The position numbers and the translations under genes were made by a program. DNA of 64,000 nucleotides from Geobacter sp. GTDB lineage: Bacteria; Desulfobacterota; Desulfuromonadia; Geobacterales; Geobacteraceae. The stretch lies in contig DNJC01000018.1 of the NCBI GenBank assembly GCA_003490025.1, positions 4,358-68,357 on the forward strand, given 5' to 3'. The notes below the pieces were generated by a model. That model did not search any database. It was not told where the DNA came from and saw nothing but the letters and a program-made list of their open reading frames with translations. Below are positions 1-10,316 of the stretch, piece after piece. The stretch's first letter is position 1, and every line of letters starts with the position of its first letter.

Positions 1-718
1 GCTGGGCGAGGCGCGGCGGCGGAAGGTCCGGAAGATCGTACTCCAGATACCGCCCGGCTACAGCTACTGCAACCATCTGTTGCGGAGCGGTTTCGCCCTC
101 AGGCGCAAGGTCTCCTTTTATGTCCTGTCCCTCGACGGCATCGACTCCTTCGGGGACTTCGTGAACTTGGTCCCCAACAAGGGCAAGAGGTGCGACATCA
201 AGCTGGCGCTCAGGGGCGGGCTCGCCTCCTGCCGGGGGGAGTACTCCCCGGAGGCGCACCGGCGCTTCGCCCCGTTCCTCGAGGAGATGGCGACACGTCA
301 CGGCGCGGCGCTGCCGGATGAGAGCCTCTACCGCATCGTCGCCGACGACTACGGCCCCGACCTCCTGTTCTGGGTCGCCACCCACGGCGGCGCCGACGTA
401 GGTTCCGCCCTGACGCTCGCCAGCGGGGGGAGGCTCTGGATCATGTGGCTGCAGGGGGGGGAGCGGCACCGGCACCTCAAGGTCGACACCTTCCTGTATG
501 CGGAGATCGTCCGGTACGCCATCGAAAACGGTTTCGGCGCGGTCAATTTCGGCACCTCGCCCATCGATACCCCGTTGGGGGATTTCAAGCGCCGGCTGGG
601 GGCGCAGCTCGAGTTCCACGAGCAGTACGAACTCGACCTGGCGCTCTCCGCTGCCATCAGGCGCTGCGGCAGCCACCTGAAAGGGTATCTGAGGGCCAGG
701 CATGCGCACGGCGAGTAG
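1..718 (+). CDS. GNAT/FemAB-like acyltransferase (5'-truncated by window)
   Basis: Frame of ORF 80..718 is open back to base 2. The C-terminal 'YAIENGFGAVNFGTS...GDFKRRLGA' is typical of FemAB/Acetyltransf_6 proteins in polysaccharide loci. Confidence 0.7.
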   Translation, partial: LGEARRRKVRKIVLQIPPGYSYCNHLLRSGFALRRKVSFYVLSLDGIDSFGDFVNLVPNKGKRCDIKLALRGGLASCRGEYSPEAHRRFAPFLEEMATRHGAALPDESLYRIVADDYGPDLLFWVATHGGADVGSALTLASGGRLWIMWLQGGERHRHLKVDTFLYAEIVRYAIENGFGAVNFGTSPIDTPLGDFKRRLGAQLEFHEQYELDLALSAAIRRCGSHLKGYLRARHAHGE

Positions 719-1901
719 CCTTTCCGCACGTGCCAGGGGAAAGCTCCTGCGCGAACTCACCCCCTACCTGGACGGCTATTCGCTCTACTTCAACCTGCCG
801 CCTGCCGGCGGCAGAACTGAAAGGCTGGCGGAGTACGCGCGGGTCGGCAGCAGGAGCGAGGTTTCCGGCCGCATCCTGGTCCCCTCGCCGGGCCATGTCG
901 AGCTGGGCAACGAGGTGCGGCTCGGCTCCCTGAGGGTCGACAGCGGGAGCTACCTCTTCGTCGACCACGGCGTGCAAGACGCCGGCGTTATCTGCCGGGA
1001 CCGGCACTGCATCAAGACCCGGCTGAAGGAGTACACCGGGTCGTACTCCGGAGAAAACCAGGTCACCATCTCGGTCGACTTCGAGGCGGGGGTCGCTCTG
1101 AGCCACGCCACCCCGGAGACATGGCCTTACCTCAGGAATTTCTGGGACAGCAGGTCGTGCGTGCTGCGCCTGGCGGAACTCTTCAAGAAGTACCGGATCC
1201 CGGCAACCTGGGCGACCTGCGGGCATCTCTTCCTCGACGGCTGCAGCGGCGACCACGGCTTCGACGAGCGGGACTGGCAGGGAGAGTGGTTTTCGCACGA
1301 CCCGTGCTCCGATTATGAGACGGCCCCCTCGTGGTACATGCCCGACGTGATCGAGGAGCTGATCAAGACGCCCCACTTCGAGATCGGCTATCACACCTTC
1401 GGGCATTTCCGCCTTAGGCACTGTTCCGAGGCGACGGTCAGAAGGGACATGGAGCTCGCGCGCCAGATCAGGAAAAAGTGGGGGCTGAAGCTGGAGAGCT
1501 TCGTCTTCCCGTACAACGAGTGCGGCCATTTCGAACTACTCAAGGAAGGCGGCTTCACCAACTTCCGGGGCAACATAGGGAAGATCCTCCCTTCCTACGG
1601 GATCATCGATTTCGGTGATTTCAGGTTCTTCAACACCACGCAGATGTTCGCGCCGGAGACCATGGACAGGTGCTTCCGGCTCCTCGACGGGCTAGACGGC
1701 CGGGCCGCAAATTTCTATACCCACTGTTACCAGTGGGGGGAGCGCGACGCCTGGCAAAAGCTGGAGCAGTGGCTGGCCCGGCTGGCGGGGTTGAGGGACG
1801 CGGGGAAGATCTCGCTGGCGAAAATGGGCGACCTGCGACCGGCGCGGCCGGTCGAGTCGAAGCCCGCAGTGACGGTGGGGGAGCCATGCTGGAACAGGTG
1901 A
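702..1901 (+). CDS. Polysaccharide deacetylase (NodB/CE4-like) with N-terminal extension
   Basis: Motifs 'TISVDFE', 'IPATWA', 'EIGYHTFGH', 'SFVFPYN'; overlaps both neighbours. Confidence 0.8.
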   Translation: MRTASSLSARARGKLLRELTPYLDGYSLYFNLPPAGGRTERLAEYARVGSRSEVSGRILVPSPGHVELGNEVRLGSLRVDSGSYLFVDHGVQDAGVICRDRHCIKTRLKEYTGSYSGENQVTISVDFEAGVALSHATPETWPYLRNFWDSRSCVLRLAELFKKYRIPATWATCGHLFLDGCSGDHGFDERDWQGEWFSHDPCSDYETAPSWYMPDVIEELIKTPHFEIGYHTFGHFRLRHCSEATVRRDMELARQIRKKWGLKLESFVFPYNECGHFELLKEGGFTNFRGNIGKILPSYGIIDFGDFRFFNTTQMFAPETMDRCFRLLDGLDGRAANFYTHCYQWGERDAWQKLEQWLARLAGLRDAGKISLAKMGDLRPARPVESKPAVTVGEPCWNR

Positions 1902-2554
1902 AGCTGTACGCCCAAAAAGTTAAAAACGTGCTCAAAGGGAGATGGGCGAGGCATGTCAAGGGAGGGTACCTCTACGAACTCGACTTCGCCGCCTACACCG
2001 GCGCGCACGTCGCGCCGAACGTGGAGGGTGAGTTCAAGGTCATATCCCTGCCGGAGTTGCCGTCGCTGTCAGGCCAGGTTTCGGCGGAGCAGTACCGGCT
2101 CTTCGAATCGAGGCTCGTGGAAAGAAAAGACGTCATGATCGCGTTTCTCTCCGAAGACCAGGTCCTGATCAACTGGGCATGGCTCTCCTGTCAGCCCACC
2201 TACTACGAGCCCATAGTCGATTACCGGATGGAGATCCCGGAAGGCGCCGTCCTCATGTACGATTCGCAGACCCTGTCTCGCAACCTGCGCGGTGCGCAGA
2301 AGTCGAAGCGGAGTTCCGGCACGGCTGCCGCCGCCTCCGGGGACCAGCCGAAGGTCGGCGTCTACGAGGCGTCGCTGACAAACTCCATCCGGCTCGCGCG
2401 GGAACTGGGGAAGAAGAAGGCGCTCGCCGTGGTAGTCGACAACAACAGCGTCCCGATCAACATGCTCCACAAACTGCAGTTCAAAAAGGTAAAGAGACTG
2501 CGATCCGTCCAGGTGCTTGGCTTCAGGTGCCATCGCGCAACAAGCTGCATTTAA
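1886..2554 (+). CDS. Putative GNAT-family acetyltransferase
   Basis: ATG at 1886 overlaps the upstream stop. C-terminal 'VVVDNNSVPINMLHKLQFKKV' resembles GNAT motif B. Confidence 0.6.
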   Translation: MLEQVKLYAQKVKNVLKGRWARHVKGGYLYELDFAAYTGAHVAPNVEGEFKVISLPELPSLSGQVSAEQYRLFESRLVERKDVMIAFLSEDQVLINWAWLSCQPTYYEPIVDYRMEIPEGAVLMYDSQTLSRNLRGAQKSKRSSGTAAAASGDQPKVGVYEASLTNSIRLARELGKKKALAVVVDNNSVPINMLHKLQFKKVKRLRSVQVLGFRCHRATSCI

Positions 2555-2576
2555 CGTCTTATTACTCGGTGCGATT

Positions 2577-4061
2577 TTGAAAAACGATCATCTGCTCAGC
2601 TTCGAAGTCGACAAACGGACCATCGGCAAAAGTGCCGTGAGCAGTATCGTCTTCCAGTTGCTGACCAAGCTGAAGGGGCTGATCACCATGCCGATCCTGA
2701 CCATGTTCATGGCGCCTGCCGAACTCGGCGCCTTCAACCTGATCACGGTGACCAGCTCGATGCTGATTCCCATAGTCACCCTGAATCTGACCGACGGCGT
2801 GGGGATTCTGTTCGCGCAGGAAAAGGACGTGACCAGGATCGCCAACATGTTCAACACCGTCTTGAATGTCGTGGTCCTGCTGACGGCGTGCTTTTTTCTC
2901 GCGGCAGCGGTTCTCGGCGCTTTATTCACTCAGTACGACGGCTACCTGGTCTGGATCGGGCTCCTCCTGCTGGGGAACATCGCCCACAAGCTGCCGGTTT
3001 TCCTGCTGGCCACCTACCAGAAGTCGGGGATAGTGCTCGGGAACGTCTTCAAGAAGGACATGGCGGTCACCCTGTTCACCATCCTGCTGGTCTGTTACGG
3101 GTATTCCTACCGGGGGATGGTCATAGCGGCCTTCGTTTTCCAGATGCTCTTTTCCCTCCTGCTCTACCGGAAGATATTCTCCAGCATCGACTACTCATTC
3201 CGTATCGACCGGAGGCTTTTGAAGCAGTTCCTGAGGATGTCGCTCCCCTTGCTGCCGGTCTTTTTCTTTTCCTGGATCGTCCAGTCCTCGGATTCTTACT
3301 TTCTGGCCTACTTCAGCGGGAAGGAGGTCGTGGGGAAGTACTCCGTGATCTACGGCATCAGCAACATCATCCTCTCCATCACCTTTGCCCTGAACTTCTT
3401 CTGGTTTCCGGTGTCGGCGCGTCTTTGGACCGAGAGCCGCGAGAAATACACGGAAGTCTTCAGAGTCATTTTCACCGGGATGGCGGCCCTGCTGTTGACC
3501 GCCGTCTGCCTTTTCGAGCTCAATTCCGCCACCATCATGGAACTCTTCATCCGTCGCGCCGCCTACCACGACGCCCACGTGATAATGGGAACCATCGCCT
3601 TCGCCTTCTCCATGCAGGTGCTCATCACCCTGCTGACGGCCCCCTTGTATTCGAACCGGAACACGAGGGCCATCCTGATGGCGTACTGCGCCGGCGGGAT
3701 CCTCAACACCGTGCTCAACGTCCTTCTCATCCCGAAAATGGGGATCGTCGGAGCCGCCGTCAGTACGGCGGTCGCCTACCTCCTGATCGTCATGGTAATG
3801 GCGGTCCTGAATTATCGCCTGGCCGGCTTTTTCTTCGTCGACCCCAGGTTGAAGTACGTCGTCGTGCTCCTCCTCGCCTGCTGGGGATTGCTGGGATGGG
3901 CGCGCGGGCACCTCTCGACACCGGGGATCCTTTGCACCGACGTCGCCTTCGTGGCGCTGGTCTCGGCTGCGGCTTGCAAGAAGGGGATGCACAGCGGCGA
4001 GCGCGACTACCTGGCAGGTTTAGTAACCAATTTTTCCATGAAGCAGACACAGGGAGCTTGA
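2577..4061 (+). CDS. wzx: Wzx-like oligosaccharide flippase
   Basis: Many hydrophobic segments and MOP-family motifs ('VGKYSVIY', 'LNVLLIPKMGIVGAAVSTAVAY'). Start chosen at TTG 2577 (uncertain). Confidence 0.85.
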   Translation: MKNDHLLSFEVDKRTIGKSAVSSIVFQLLTKLKGLITMPILTMFMAPAELGAFNLITVTSSMLIPIVTLNLTDGVGILFAQEKDVTRIANMFNTVLNVVVLLTACFFLAAAVLGALFTQYDGYLVWIGLLLLGNIAHKLPVFLLATYQKSGIVLGNVFKKDMAVTLFTILLVCYGYSYRGMVIAAFVFQMLFSLLLYRKIFSSIDYSFRIDRRLLKQFLRMSLPLLPVFFFSWIVQSSDSYFLAYFSGKEVVGKYSVIYGISNIILSITFALNFFWFPVSARLWTESREKYTEVFRVIFTGMAALLLTAVCLFELNSATIMELFIRRAAYHDAHVIMGTIAFAFSMQVLITLLTAPLYSNRNTRAILMAYCAGGILNTVLNVLLIPKMGIVGAAVSTAVAYLLIVMVMAVLNYRLAGFFFVDPRLKYVVVLLLACWGLLGWARGHLSTPGILCTDVAFVALVSAAACKKGMHSGERDYLAGLVTNFSMKQTQGA

Positions 4062-4062
4062 A

Positions 4063-5397
4063 ATGGCGGAAACCATCATCATCGGGGCCGGACTGGCCGG
4101 TCTCAGCGCAGGGTATCACGCCCGGCAGATGGACCTTGACTACGAACTCTACGAAGCTGCCGACGCTGTCGGCGGCTGCTGCCGGACCGTCGAGCGCGAC
4201 GGCTTTCGCTTCGACTGCTCCGGCCACCTGCTGCACCTGAAGGAGCCGTACTTCCAGGGGCTGGTCAGGGAACTGCTGGCGCACAACCTGAACGTGATCT
4301 CCAGAAACGCCGTCGTCTACTCCCACGGCCGATTCACCCGCTATCCCTTTCAGGCGAACCTGTTCGGCCTTCCCGGCGAGGTGGTGAAGGAGTGCCTTTT
4401 GGAGTTCGTCAAGTCCTACCACGGCAGCGAGGATCTCCCTTCCAGGTCCTACGGCACTTTTTACGACTGGATCGTGGCGAAGCTCGGCGCGGGGATCGGC
4501 AGGCATTTCATGTTCCCCTACAACCAGAAGCTCTGGACCGTGCCGACCGAGGAGATGACCTGCGAGTGGCTGAGCGAGTACGTCCCGAAGCCCAACCTGG
4601 ACGAGGTCTTCAACGGCGCTTTCGAGGACCAGTCCAAGGGGTTCGGCTACAACGCCTCGTTCTGGTACCCGAGGGAAGGGGGGATCCAGGCGCTCTCCGA
4701 CGCTCTGGCCGCCCGCGTCCCCAACATCCGCCTGGGAGAAAGCGTGGAGGCGGTAGATCTCGACGCGAGGTGCGTCCGTTTCGCCTCCGGCAAGAGCGCC
4801 TCCTATCGAAGGCTCGTCTCGACCATGCCGCTGAAACGGCTGGTGGAGAGACTCGAAGGGCCGGTGCCGGCGGATGTGCGGGCCGCATCGAAGAGGCTGC
4901 GCCACAATTCGGTCCTGATCGTGAACCTCGGGGTGAAGGGGGGGGATCTCACGGACAAGCACTGGATCTACCTGCCGGAGCACAGCTTCACCGCCTACCG
5001 CGTCGGGGTTTACACCAATTTCTCCAAGGCCCTGGCGGCCCCCGATACCACCTCCTTCTACGTGGAGATCGGCTATCAGCAGGGGTGGAACGTCGACAAG
5101 GATGCGCTGGTGCAAAAGGCCGTCGAGGAGATGGTCGAGATCGGGTTGATCCGGAGCCTGGAGGATATCCTGGTGCAGGAGGTGATCGACCTGGAATGCG
5201 CCTACGTCATTTACGACAGGCAGCACAAGGAGAGCAGGAAAACCATCCTTGATTTCCTGGCGAAGCACGACGTAGCAAGCATCGGCAGGTACGGCAACTG
5301 GGAGTATTCCGGCATGGAAGAGGCGATGCTGCAGGGGAAAGAGGCGGTCGAAAACGGCTGGAATCAGTCGTCCGCAGGGCTGAAATCAACCGGGTAG
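4063..5397 (+). CDS. FAD-dependent oxidoreductase (protoporphyrinogen oxidase / UDP-galactopyranose mutase-like)
   Basis: N-terminal GAGLAG Rossmann motif, 'GGCCRT', 'PYNQKLW', C-terminal 'GRYGNWEY..MEEA'. Confidence 0.8.
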   Translation: MAETIIIGAGLAGLSAGYHARQMDLDYELYEAADAVGGCCRTVERDGFRFDCSGHLLHLKEPYFQGLVRELLAHNLNVISRNAVVYSHGRFTRYPFQANLFGLPGEVVKECLLEFVKSYHGSEDLPSRSYGTFYDWIVAKLGAGIGRHFMFPYNQKLWTVPTEEMTCEWLSEYVPKPNLDEVFNGAFEDQSKGFGYNASFWYPREGGIQALSDALAARVPNIRLGESVEAVDLDARCVRFASGKSASYRRLVSTMPLKRLVERLEGPVPADVRAASKRLRHNSVLIVNLGVKGGDLTDKHWIYLPEHSFTAYRVGVYTNFSKALAAPDTTSFYVEIGYQQGWNVDKDALVQKAVEEMVEIGLIRSLEDILVQEVIDLECAYVIYDRQHKESRKTILDFLAKHDVASIGRYGNWEYSGMEEAMLQGKEAVENGWNQSSAGLKSTG

Positions 5398-5418
5398 GAA
5401 GGGGGGCGGGGACAATTC

Positions 5419-6882
5419 ATGCGGATTCTCATCGTCGGCAACGACCCAATGGATATAGGCGGCGTCGCCAACTACACGCGCCCGCTCGCCATCAAGTTCG
5501 CGGAACATGGGCACGAGGTGCGCTACCTTTATTCCGGCGCGTACCACAGCAGGTACGACCTCTCGCTGAAGCCTTACCTGAAGCTGCATCGCGACCGGTT
5601 TCCCTTCGAATGCGCCGAGATAATCAACTCGGAATGCCTCCCCTTCAATTTCGGCAATCCCGAAATCGACATGCAGTCACCGGGGATGGCCGGGCTCCTT
5701 TCGGAGTACCTGGACCGGGTCCAGCCCGACGTCATGCACGTCCATTCCCGTTTCGGCCTGCCGGCAGCGATAAACAGGATCGCCTCGGAAAAGGGGATCA
5801 AGGTGGTCAACACGATCCACGTCTACGGCTACATCTGCCAGAAAAGGGTGATGATCGACCACGAAGGGAAGCCGTGCCCGGGCCCGTCGGACCTGGAGAG
5901 GTGCGCGGTCTGTACGGGAGAGCTGAGCTACCGCAAGGAACGGTTCCGCGCCGTGCTGAGGAACTACAACAAGGCACTGAAGCTTAAGTCGCCCGCCGTC
6001 TTCCGGCTCATGCAGCGCGTCAAGGGGAGCCTCGGCCCTGCCCCCTCCGGGGGGGAGAAGAACGAAACTGCGCCCGGTTTTCTCCCGCAGCCAGCTCCTC
6101 AGCTCGCCCGGCGACTGGCGGCCAGGCTGCGCTACTGCACCGAGACCCTGAGCCGGTACTCCGATAGCACGATCTGTGTCTCCAACGACGTGAAGACGAC
6201 CCTCGAAAGTTACGGCGTCGACGGGCGGAGGCTGCTGGTGCAACACATAGGGTCGGTGATCGCCGAGAGGCAGGTCGCAGACGATCATCCGCTGCACGAC
6301 CCGATCGTCATCGGAAACATCGGCGGGGTGAACCACTACAAGGGGACCCATGTGCTGGTGGAGGCGGTCTCCAAACTACCGATCGGCAATTTTGTCGTGA
6401 GGATTTTCGGCAAGTACGACGAGGAATACGTGCGGGTCCTGAAGGAGGGGTCGGGTTCGGTGCCGGTTGAGTTCACCGGACGGTACCACCCGGAAGAGCT
6501 GCCCGAGATCCTCAGGCAGATCGACGTCATGGTGCTGCCTTCGATCTGCAACGACACCGCGCCCCAGACCATCTTCGAGTCCTTCAGCGGAGGAGTGCCG
6601 ATCATCGCTTCGCGCATCGGCGGCTTCCCCGACTTCGTGCGGCACGACCACAACGGCCTGCTGTTCGAACCGGGCAACAGCGACGACCTGGCGGAGAAGA
6701 TCGCCTACGTCCTGTCCGACCCGCAGAGGCTCGTCAGGTACCGGGAGAACATCCCGAGACTGAAGACCATTACCGAAAACGCCCGGGAGCTTGTCCTTCT
6801 CTACGAGGAGCTTCTGGAAAAGGGAAGCGGTTATAAAAAGGCCAGCGGTTCGCGGCCGTTACAAAAGGGAGAGCGGTGTTGA
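5419..6882 (+). CDS. Glycosyltransferase family 4
   Basis: GT-B features: 'PDVMHVH', 'HYKG', 'DVMVLPS...PQTIFES...PIIASRIGG'. Confidence 0.85.
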   Translation: MRILIVGNDPMDIGGVANYTRPLAIKFAEHGHEVRYLYSGAYHSRYDLSLKPYLKLHRDRFPFECAEIINSECLPFNFGNPEIDMQSPGMAGLLSEYLDRVQPDVMHVHSRFGLPAAINRIASEKGIKVVNTIHVYGYICQKRVMIDHEGKPCPGPSDLERCAVCTGELSYRKERFRAVLRNYNKALKLKSPAVFRLMQRVKGSLGPAPSGGEKNETAPGFLPQPAPQLARRLAARLRYCTETLSRYSDSTICVSNDVKTTLESYGVDGRRLLVQHIGSVIAERQVADDHPLHDPIVIGNIGGVNHYKGTHVLVEAVSKLPIGNFVVRIFGKYDEEYVRVLKEGSGSVPVEFTGRYHPEELPEILRQIDVMVLPSICNDTAPQTIFESFSGGVPIIASRIGGFPDFVRHDHNGLLFEPGNSDDLAEKIAYVLSDPQRLVRYRENIPRLKTITENARELVLLYEELLEKGSGYKKASGSRPLQKGERC

Positions 6883-8243
6883 TTGCCAACAGCATTGTGG
6901 TACTGATTCTTTTTCTGCAGCACGAGGCGTTCTACCTGCTGCCCAAGCAGTTGCTGGTTGCCCCCGGGGTCTTCAGGATGGCCGACGCCTCGCTGGTGGC
7001 CATGCCCTTTTTCGCCCTGAGCGTCCCCAAGACCATCTCGCGCTACAGCGAGGAGTCGCTGCTGGTCATCTCCTTCCTCCTGATGATGTTCCTGAGCTGC
7101 CTGATGGGAAGCCTGTTTTTCCCGCAAAGCTACTACGAGGGGATCCTCAACATACGGAACAACTTCGTCTGGGCCTCCTTCTTCGCCTTCATCCCCCTGA
7201 TCGGAAACCTGGAGCAGGCCGAAAGGCTGGTGAAATTTCTTACCTTTCTGACCGGAATCTACGTGCTGCTGCTGCTGGTCACCAAGTATTTCCCGGGACT
7301 CGGCCTCATCCATCTCCCCAAGAACGTCTACGACAAGGGGAGCACGCTGCTGCGCTTCGGCGAGCACCGGCTTTTTTTCCCGTATGGAAACATCCCCCTG
7401 ATGTTTTTCTTCATCGCGCTCGCCCAGTCCGTCAACGGGGATATGAAGGAGGGGGGCGCGGCGAAGGCCATGCGGCTCGCCTTCATGTTCGTCGTGCTCA
7501 ACGCGGTGGTGTATTCCATGACCCGGGCCGTCATCTACCCGGTGCTGGCTGCCGTCGTCTTCGCCTTCATCACCGCCAAGAGCCGCAACATCAAGTTCGC
7601 GGGGATCGCGATCGGCGTCTTGCTGATCTGTTTCCAGGTCCTCAGCACGTCCATAAGCAGCACCGGGTCCTCTCCGTTCGAAGGGACCCTGCTCGGCAAG
7701 ATGCTTCTCAAGTCGGACGAACTCTCGTCCGAGGACGGCAGGGTGAACCAGGCCAGGATGTACCTGACCCAGTTCGCCAGGTCCCCGGTTACGGGCGTCG
7801 GCAACTTCGCCATAGGGAAGTACACCAAGTACCAGGACGCCGTAGCGCAGACGGTGAGGGCCTATGGCTTCTTCAACGGTTCCGACCTCGGCTACCTCAA
7901 AATGGTGGGGGAAAACGGGCTGCTCGGGGTGGCCTGGCTATTGTGGTGGTTTTCCTACTACTACCGGAGAGGGAGACAGACCCTCGCCAGGGCGCGGCAG
8001 GTGGGCGGAGCCCCCTTCGCCGAGGTGCTGACCCGCGGGCTGCTCTATTTCACCGTCTACATCCTGATCTCGGGCGTGACCCTGGGACACTGGGTGCACC
8101 ACAACATGCTGACCATCCTGCCGCTCTCCCTGGCGCTCATGGCGATCGCCCGTGTCTCGCTTGACGAAACTTGCGCCGCGCCGGTCCCCGTGCGGCAACC
8201 GGCGCGTCCTTTCCCCGCGGCGCAGAGGGGGCTCCTCACATGA
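6876..8243 (+). CDS. Wzy-like polysaccharide polymerase / O-antigen ligase family membrane protein
   Basis: Multi-pass membrane protein with a periplasmic loop 'SPVTGVG...SDLGYLKMVGENGLLG'; located in the EPS operon. Confidence 0.7.
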   Translation: MLIANSIVVLILFLQHEAFYLLPKQLLVAPGVFRMADASLVAMPFFALSVPKTISRYSEESLLVISFLLMMFLSCLMGSLFFPQSYYEGILNIRNNFVWASFFAFIPLIGNLEQAERLVKFLTFLTGIYVLLLLVTKYFPGLGLIHLPKNVYDKGSTLLRFGEHRLFFPYGNIPLMFFFIALAQSVNGDMKEGGAAKAMRLAFMFVVLNAVVYSMTRAVIYPVLAAVVFAFITAKSRNIKFAGIAIGVLLICFQVLSTSISSTGSSPFEGTLLGKMLLKSDELSSEDGRVNQARMYLTQFARSPVTGVGNFAIGKYTKYQDAVAQTVRAYGFFNGSDLGYLKMVGENGLLGVAWLLWWFSYYYRRGRQTLARARQVGGAPFAEVLTRGLLYFTVYILISGVTLGHWVHHNMLTILPLSLALMAIARVSLDETCAAPVPVRQPARPFPAAQRGLLT

Positions 8244-9193
8244 GCGGGCTGCCACTGATAGCGGTCGTGATCGTCAACTACAACGGTTACCAACTGACCC
8301 GCGACTGCCTGGACTCGTTTCGCGGGGTCGGCTACGGCAACTTCGAGATCATCGTGGTGGACAACGCCTCCGTCGACGGCTCGGTGGCGCAGCTCAGTGT
8401 GGAGTTCCCCGGGGTGCATTACCTGCAACACGATAGAAACGCCGGGTTCACCGGAGGGAACAACCTCGGCATCGAGAAGGCGCGCCAGCTCGGGGCCGAG
8501 TACGTCTTCCTCTTGAATAACGATACGGTGGTCTCGGAAAACGTCCTCGACGAACTGCTGCATTTCATGCAGACTAACCCCGGGATCGGCATCGCGGGAC
8601 CGCTCACCTTCTACTTCGAGGCCAGGGACACCATCTCCTTCGGCGGGGGGGAGATCAACCGCAATACCGGCAGGTACTGTCAGCTACACAAGGGAAAGAA
8701 GCTTGAGGAACTGCCGGGCGGGGTAATCTACTGCTCCTTCATCGAGGGGGCGGCCATGTTCCTGCGGACCGATCTGGCCCTGCGAGTCGGCGGCTTCAGC
8801 AACGTCTATTTCCTGACCTCGGAGGAGAGTGAACTCTGCGTGCGCGTAGCGGACCGGGGGCTCAGGCTCGCGGTGATCACCTCCTGCAGCGTCTGGCACA
8901 AGATCTCGCAGTCGCTCAAGGGGGGCTCCACCCTCAGGGACTACTACGTCTTCAGGAACAAACTCATCTTCGTCGAAAGAAACGCCCTTGATTTCGGACT
9001 CGACGATCTCGCCTCCCTGAGCTGGTTCTACCTGAAGTGCTTCGTATCTTCGCTGCGCCGCGACCGCGATCTCGCCACGGCGAAGGGGATTGCGCTCGGC
9101 GTATTCGACTTCCTGGCGGGAGTCAGCGGACCGGGGCGCTACGCGGGGAAACTGAACGCCGGCTGTGAAGGCACCTCCCTGGGGAACCGCTGA
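8240..9193 (+). CDS. Glycosyltransferase family 2
   Basis: 'VVIVNYN', 'IVVDNAS', 'GFTGGNN', 'LLNND' motifs; ATGA overlap with the upstream gene. Confidence 0.9.
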   Translation: MSGLPLIAVVIVNYNGYQLTRDCLDSFRGVGYGNFEIIVVDNASVDGSVAQLSVEFPGVHYLQHDRNAGFTGGNNLGIEKARQLGAEYVFLLNNDTVVSENVLDELLHFMQTNPGIGIAGPLTFYFEARDTISFGGGEINRNTGRYCQLHKGKKLEELPGGVIYCSFIEGAAMFLRTDLALRVGGFSNVYFLTSEESELCVRVADRGLRLAVITSCSVWHKISQSLKGGSTLRDYYVFRNKLIFVERNALDFGLDDLASLSWFYLKCFVSSLRRDRDLATAKGIALGVFDFLAGVSGPGRYAGKLNAGCEGTSLGNR

Positions 9194-9194
9194 C

Positions 9195-10316
9195 ATGCAT
9201 CTGCGCGACACCATCCTCGTCACCCCGCCCAGTGCGCTGAAGAACCGGGACAAGCACCTGGAGATGCTGCACGGGGTCCTCACCGAAAACGGCTTCCGGA
9301 TCCTTCCCTTCAGCGCGGGGAACGCCCTCAGGCTGGGGCGGCGCGCCATCTGGCACATACACTGGATCGATCTCTTCCACACCGGAAAGATACGCAGCCT
9401 TCCGATGAAAAGGCATTACCGGCTCATATCCCTGGCGAGGTTCGTCCATTTCCTGCTCCTGGTGCTCCTTTGCAAGCTCTCCCGGGTCCGGATGCTCTGG
9501 ACCGTCCACAACCTCGCCTCCCACGAGCGCCCGAACAGCTTCTTTGAAAAACTCGTCACCCGACTGCTGCTCCTTTTTTCCGACCGGGTAACCGCCGTCA
9601 ACGGGCACATCAAGGAGGAGATCGCCAGGAGCTACGGTTTTGCCGGCACCTCGCTGCTGCGGCAGGGGCTTTACCGGGGGTGCTACGAGGACACGGTGAT
9701 GCGCGGCGAGGCGAGGCGCAGGCTCGGTCTTGGCGCGGACGATTTCGTGCTGGTCTTCATGGGGGTGGTGGAGGAATACAAGGGGATCGATGTGGCCATG
9801 GAGGCGATGTACGACCTCCCCGACGATTCGGTGAAACTGGTGGTGGCCGGGCGCCTGGACGCCGGTTCCCCCTACGGCCGGCGGGTCAGGGACCTGGCCG
9901 CCGGGAACGGGAACATCCTCCTCTTCGACCGCTTCGTTCCCGACGAGGAGGTCCAGATCTTTTTCAGGGCGGCGGATTACTCCATCTACCCCTACCGGCG
10001 CATCGACAATTCCGGCCCGCTCTACCTGACCCTTGCCTTCGGGGTCCCCACCATCATCAGGAGCGCAGGCGGAATTCCCGAGATCCTGCGGCTGAACCCA
10101 AAGGTGGGGATCGAGATCGGCCCGCCGGAGAGGGGGGACATCGTCGAGGCGATAGGGAAGGCACGTCTCGGCAAGGTCGACGAGGAGGAGTTCGCCATCT
10201 TCCGGGAAACTTTGAGCTGGGAGAGCCTGGAGGAGGAGATTCTGGATCTCTTCAGGGGGCTGCAGGATGACGCGGCTGCGACCGAACTCCCGTGCGTGGA
10301 GCGGCGCAATGCTTAG
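9195..10316 (+). CDS. Glycosyltransferase family 4
   Basis: 'HIHW', 'WTVHN', 'YKGI', 'ADYSIYPY...SG...FGVP' GT-B motifs. Confidence 0.85.
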   Translation: MHLRDTILVTPPSALKNRDKHLEMLHGVLTENGFRILPFSAGNALRLGRRAIWHIHWIDLFHTGKIRSLPMKRHYRLISLARFVHFLLLVLLCKLSRVRMLWTVHNLASHERPNSFFEKLVTRLLLLFSDRVTAVNGHIKEEIARSYGFAGTSLLRQGLYRGCYEDTVMRGEARRRLGLGADDFVLVFMGVVEEYKGIDVAMEAMYDLPDDSVKLVVAGRLDAGSPYGRRVRDLAAGNGNILLFDRFVPDEEVQIFFRAADYSIYPYRRIDNSGPLYLTLAFGVPTIIRSAGGIPEILRLNPKVGIEIGPPERGDIVEAIGKARLGKVDEEEFAIFRETLSWESLEEEILDLFRGLQDDAAATELPCVERRNA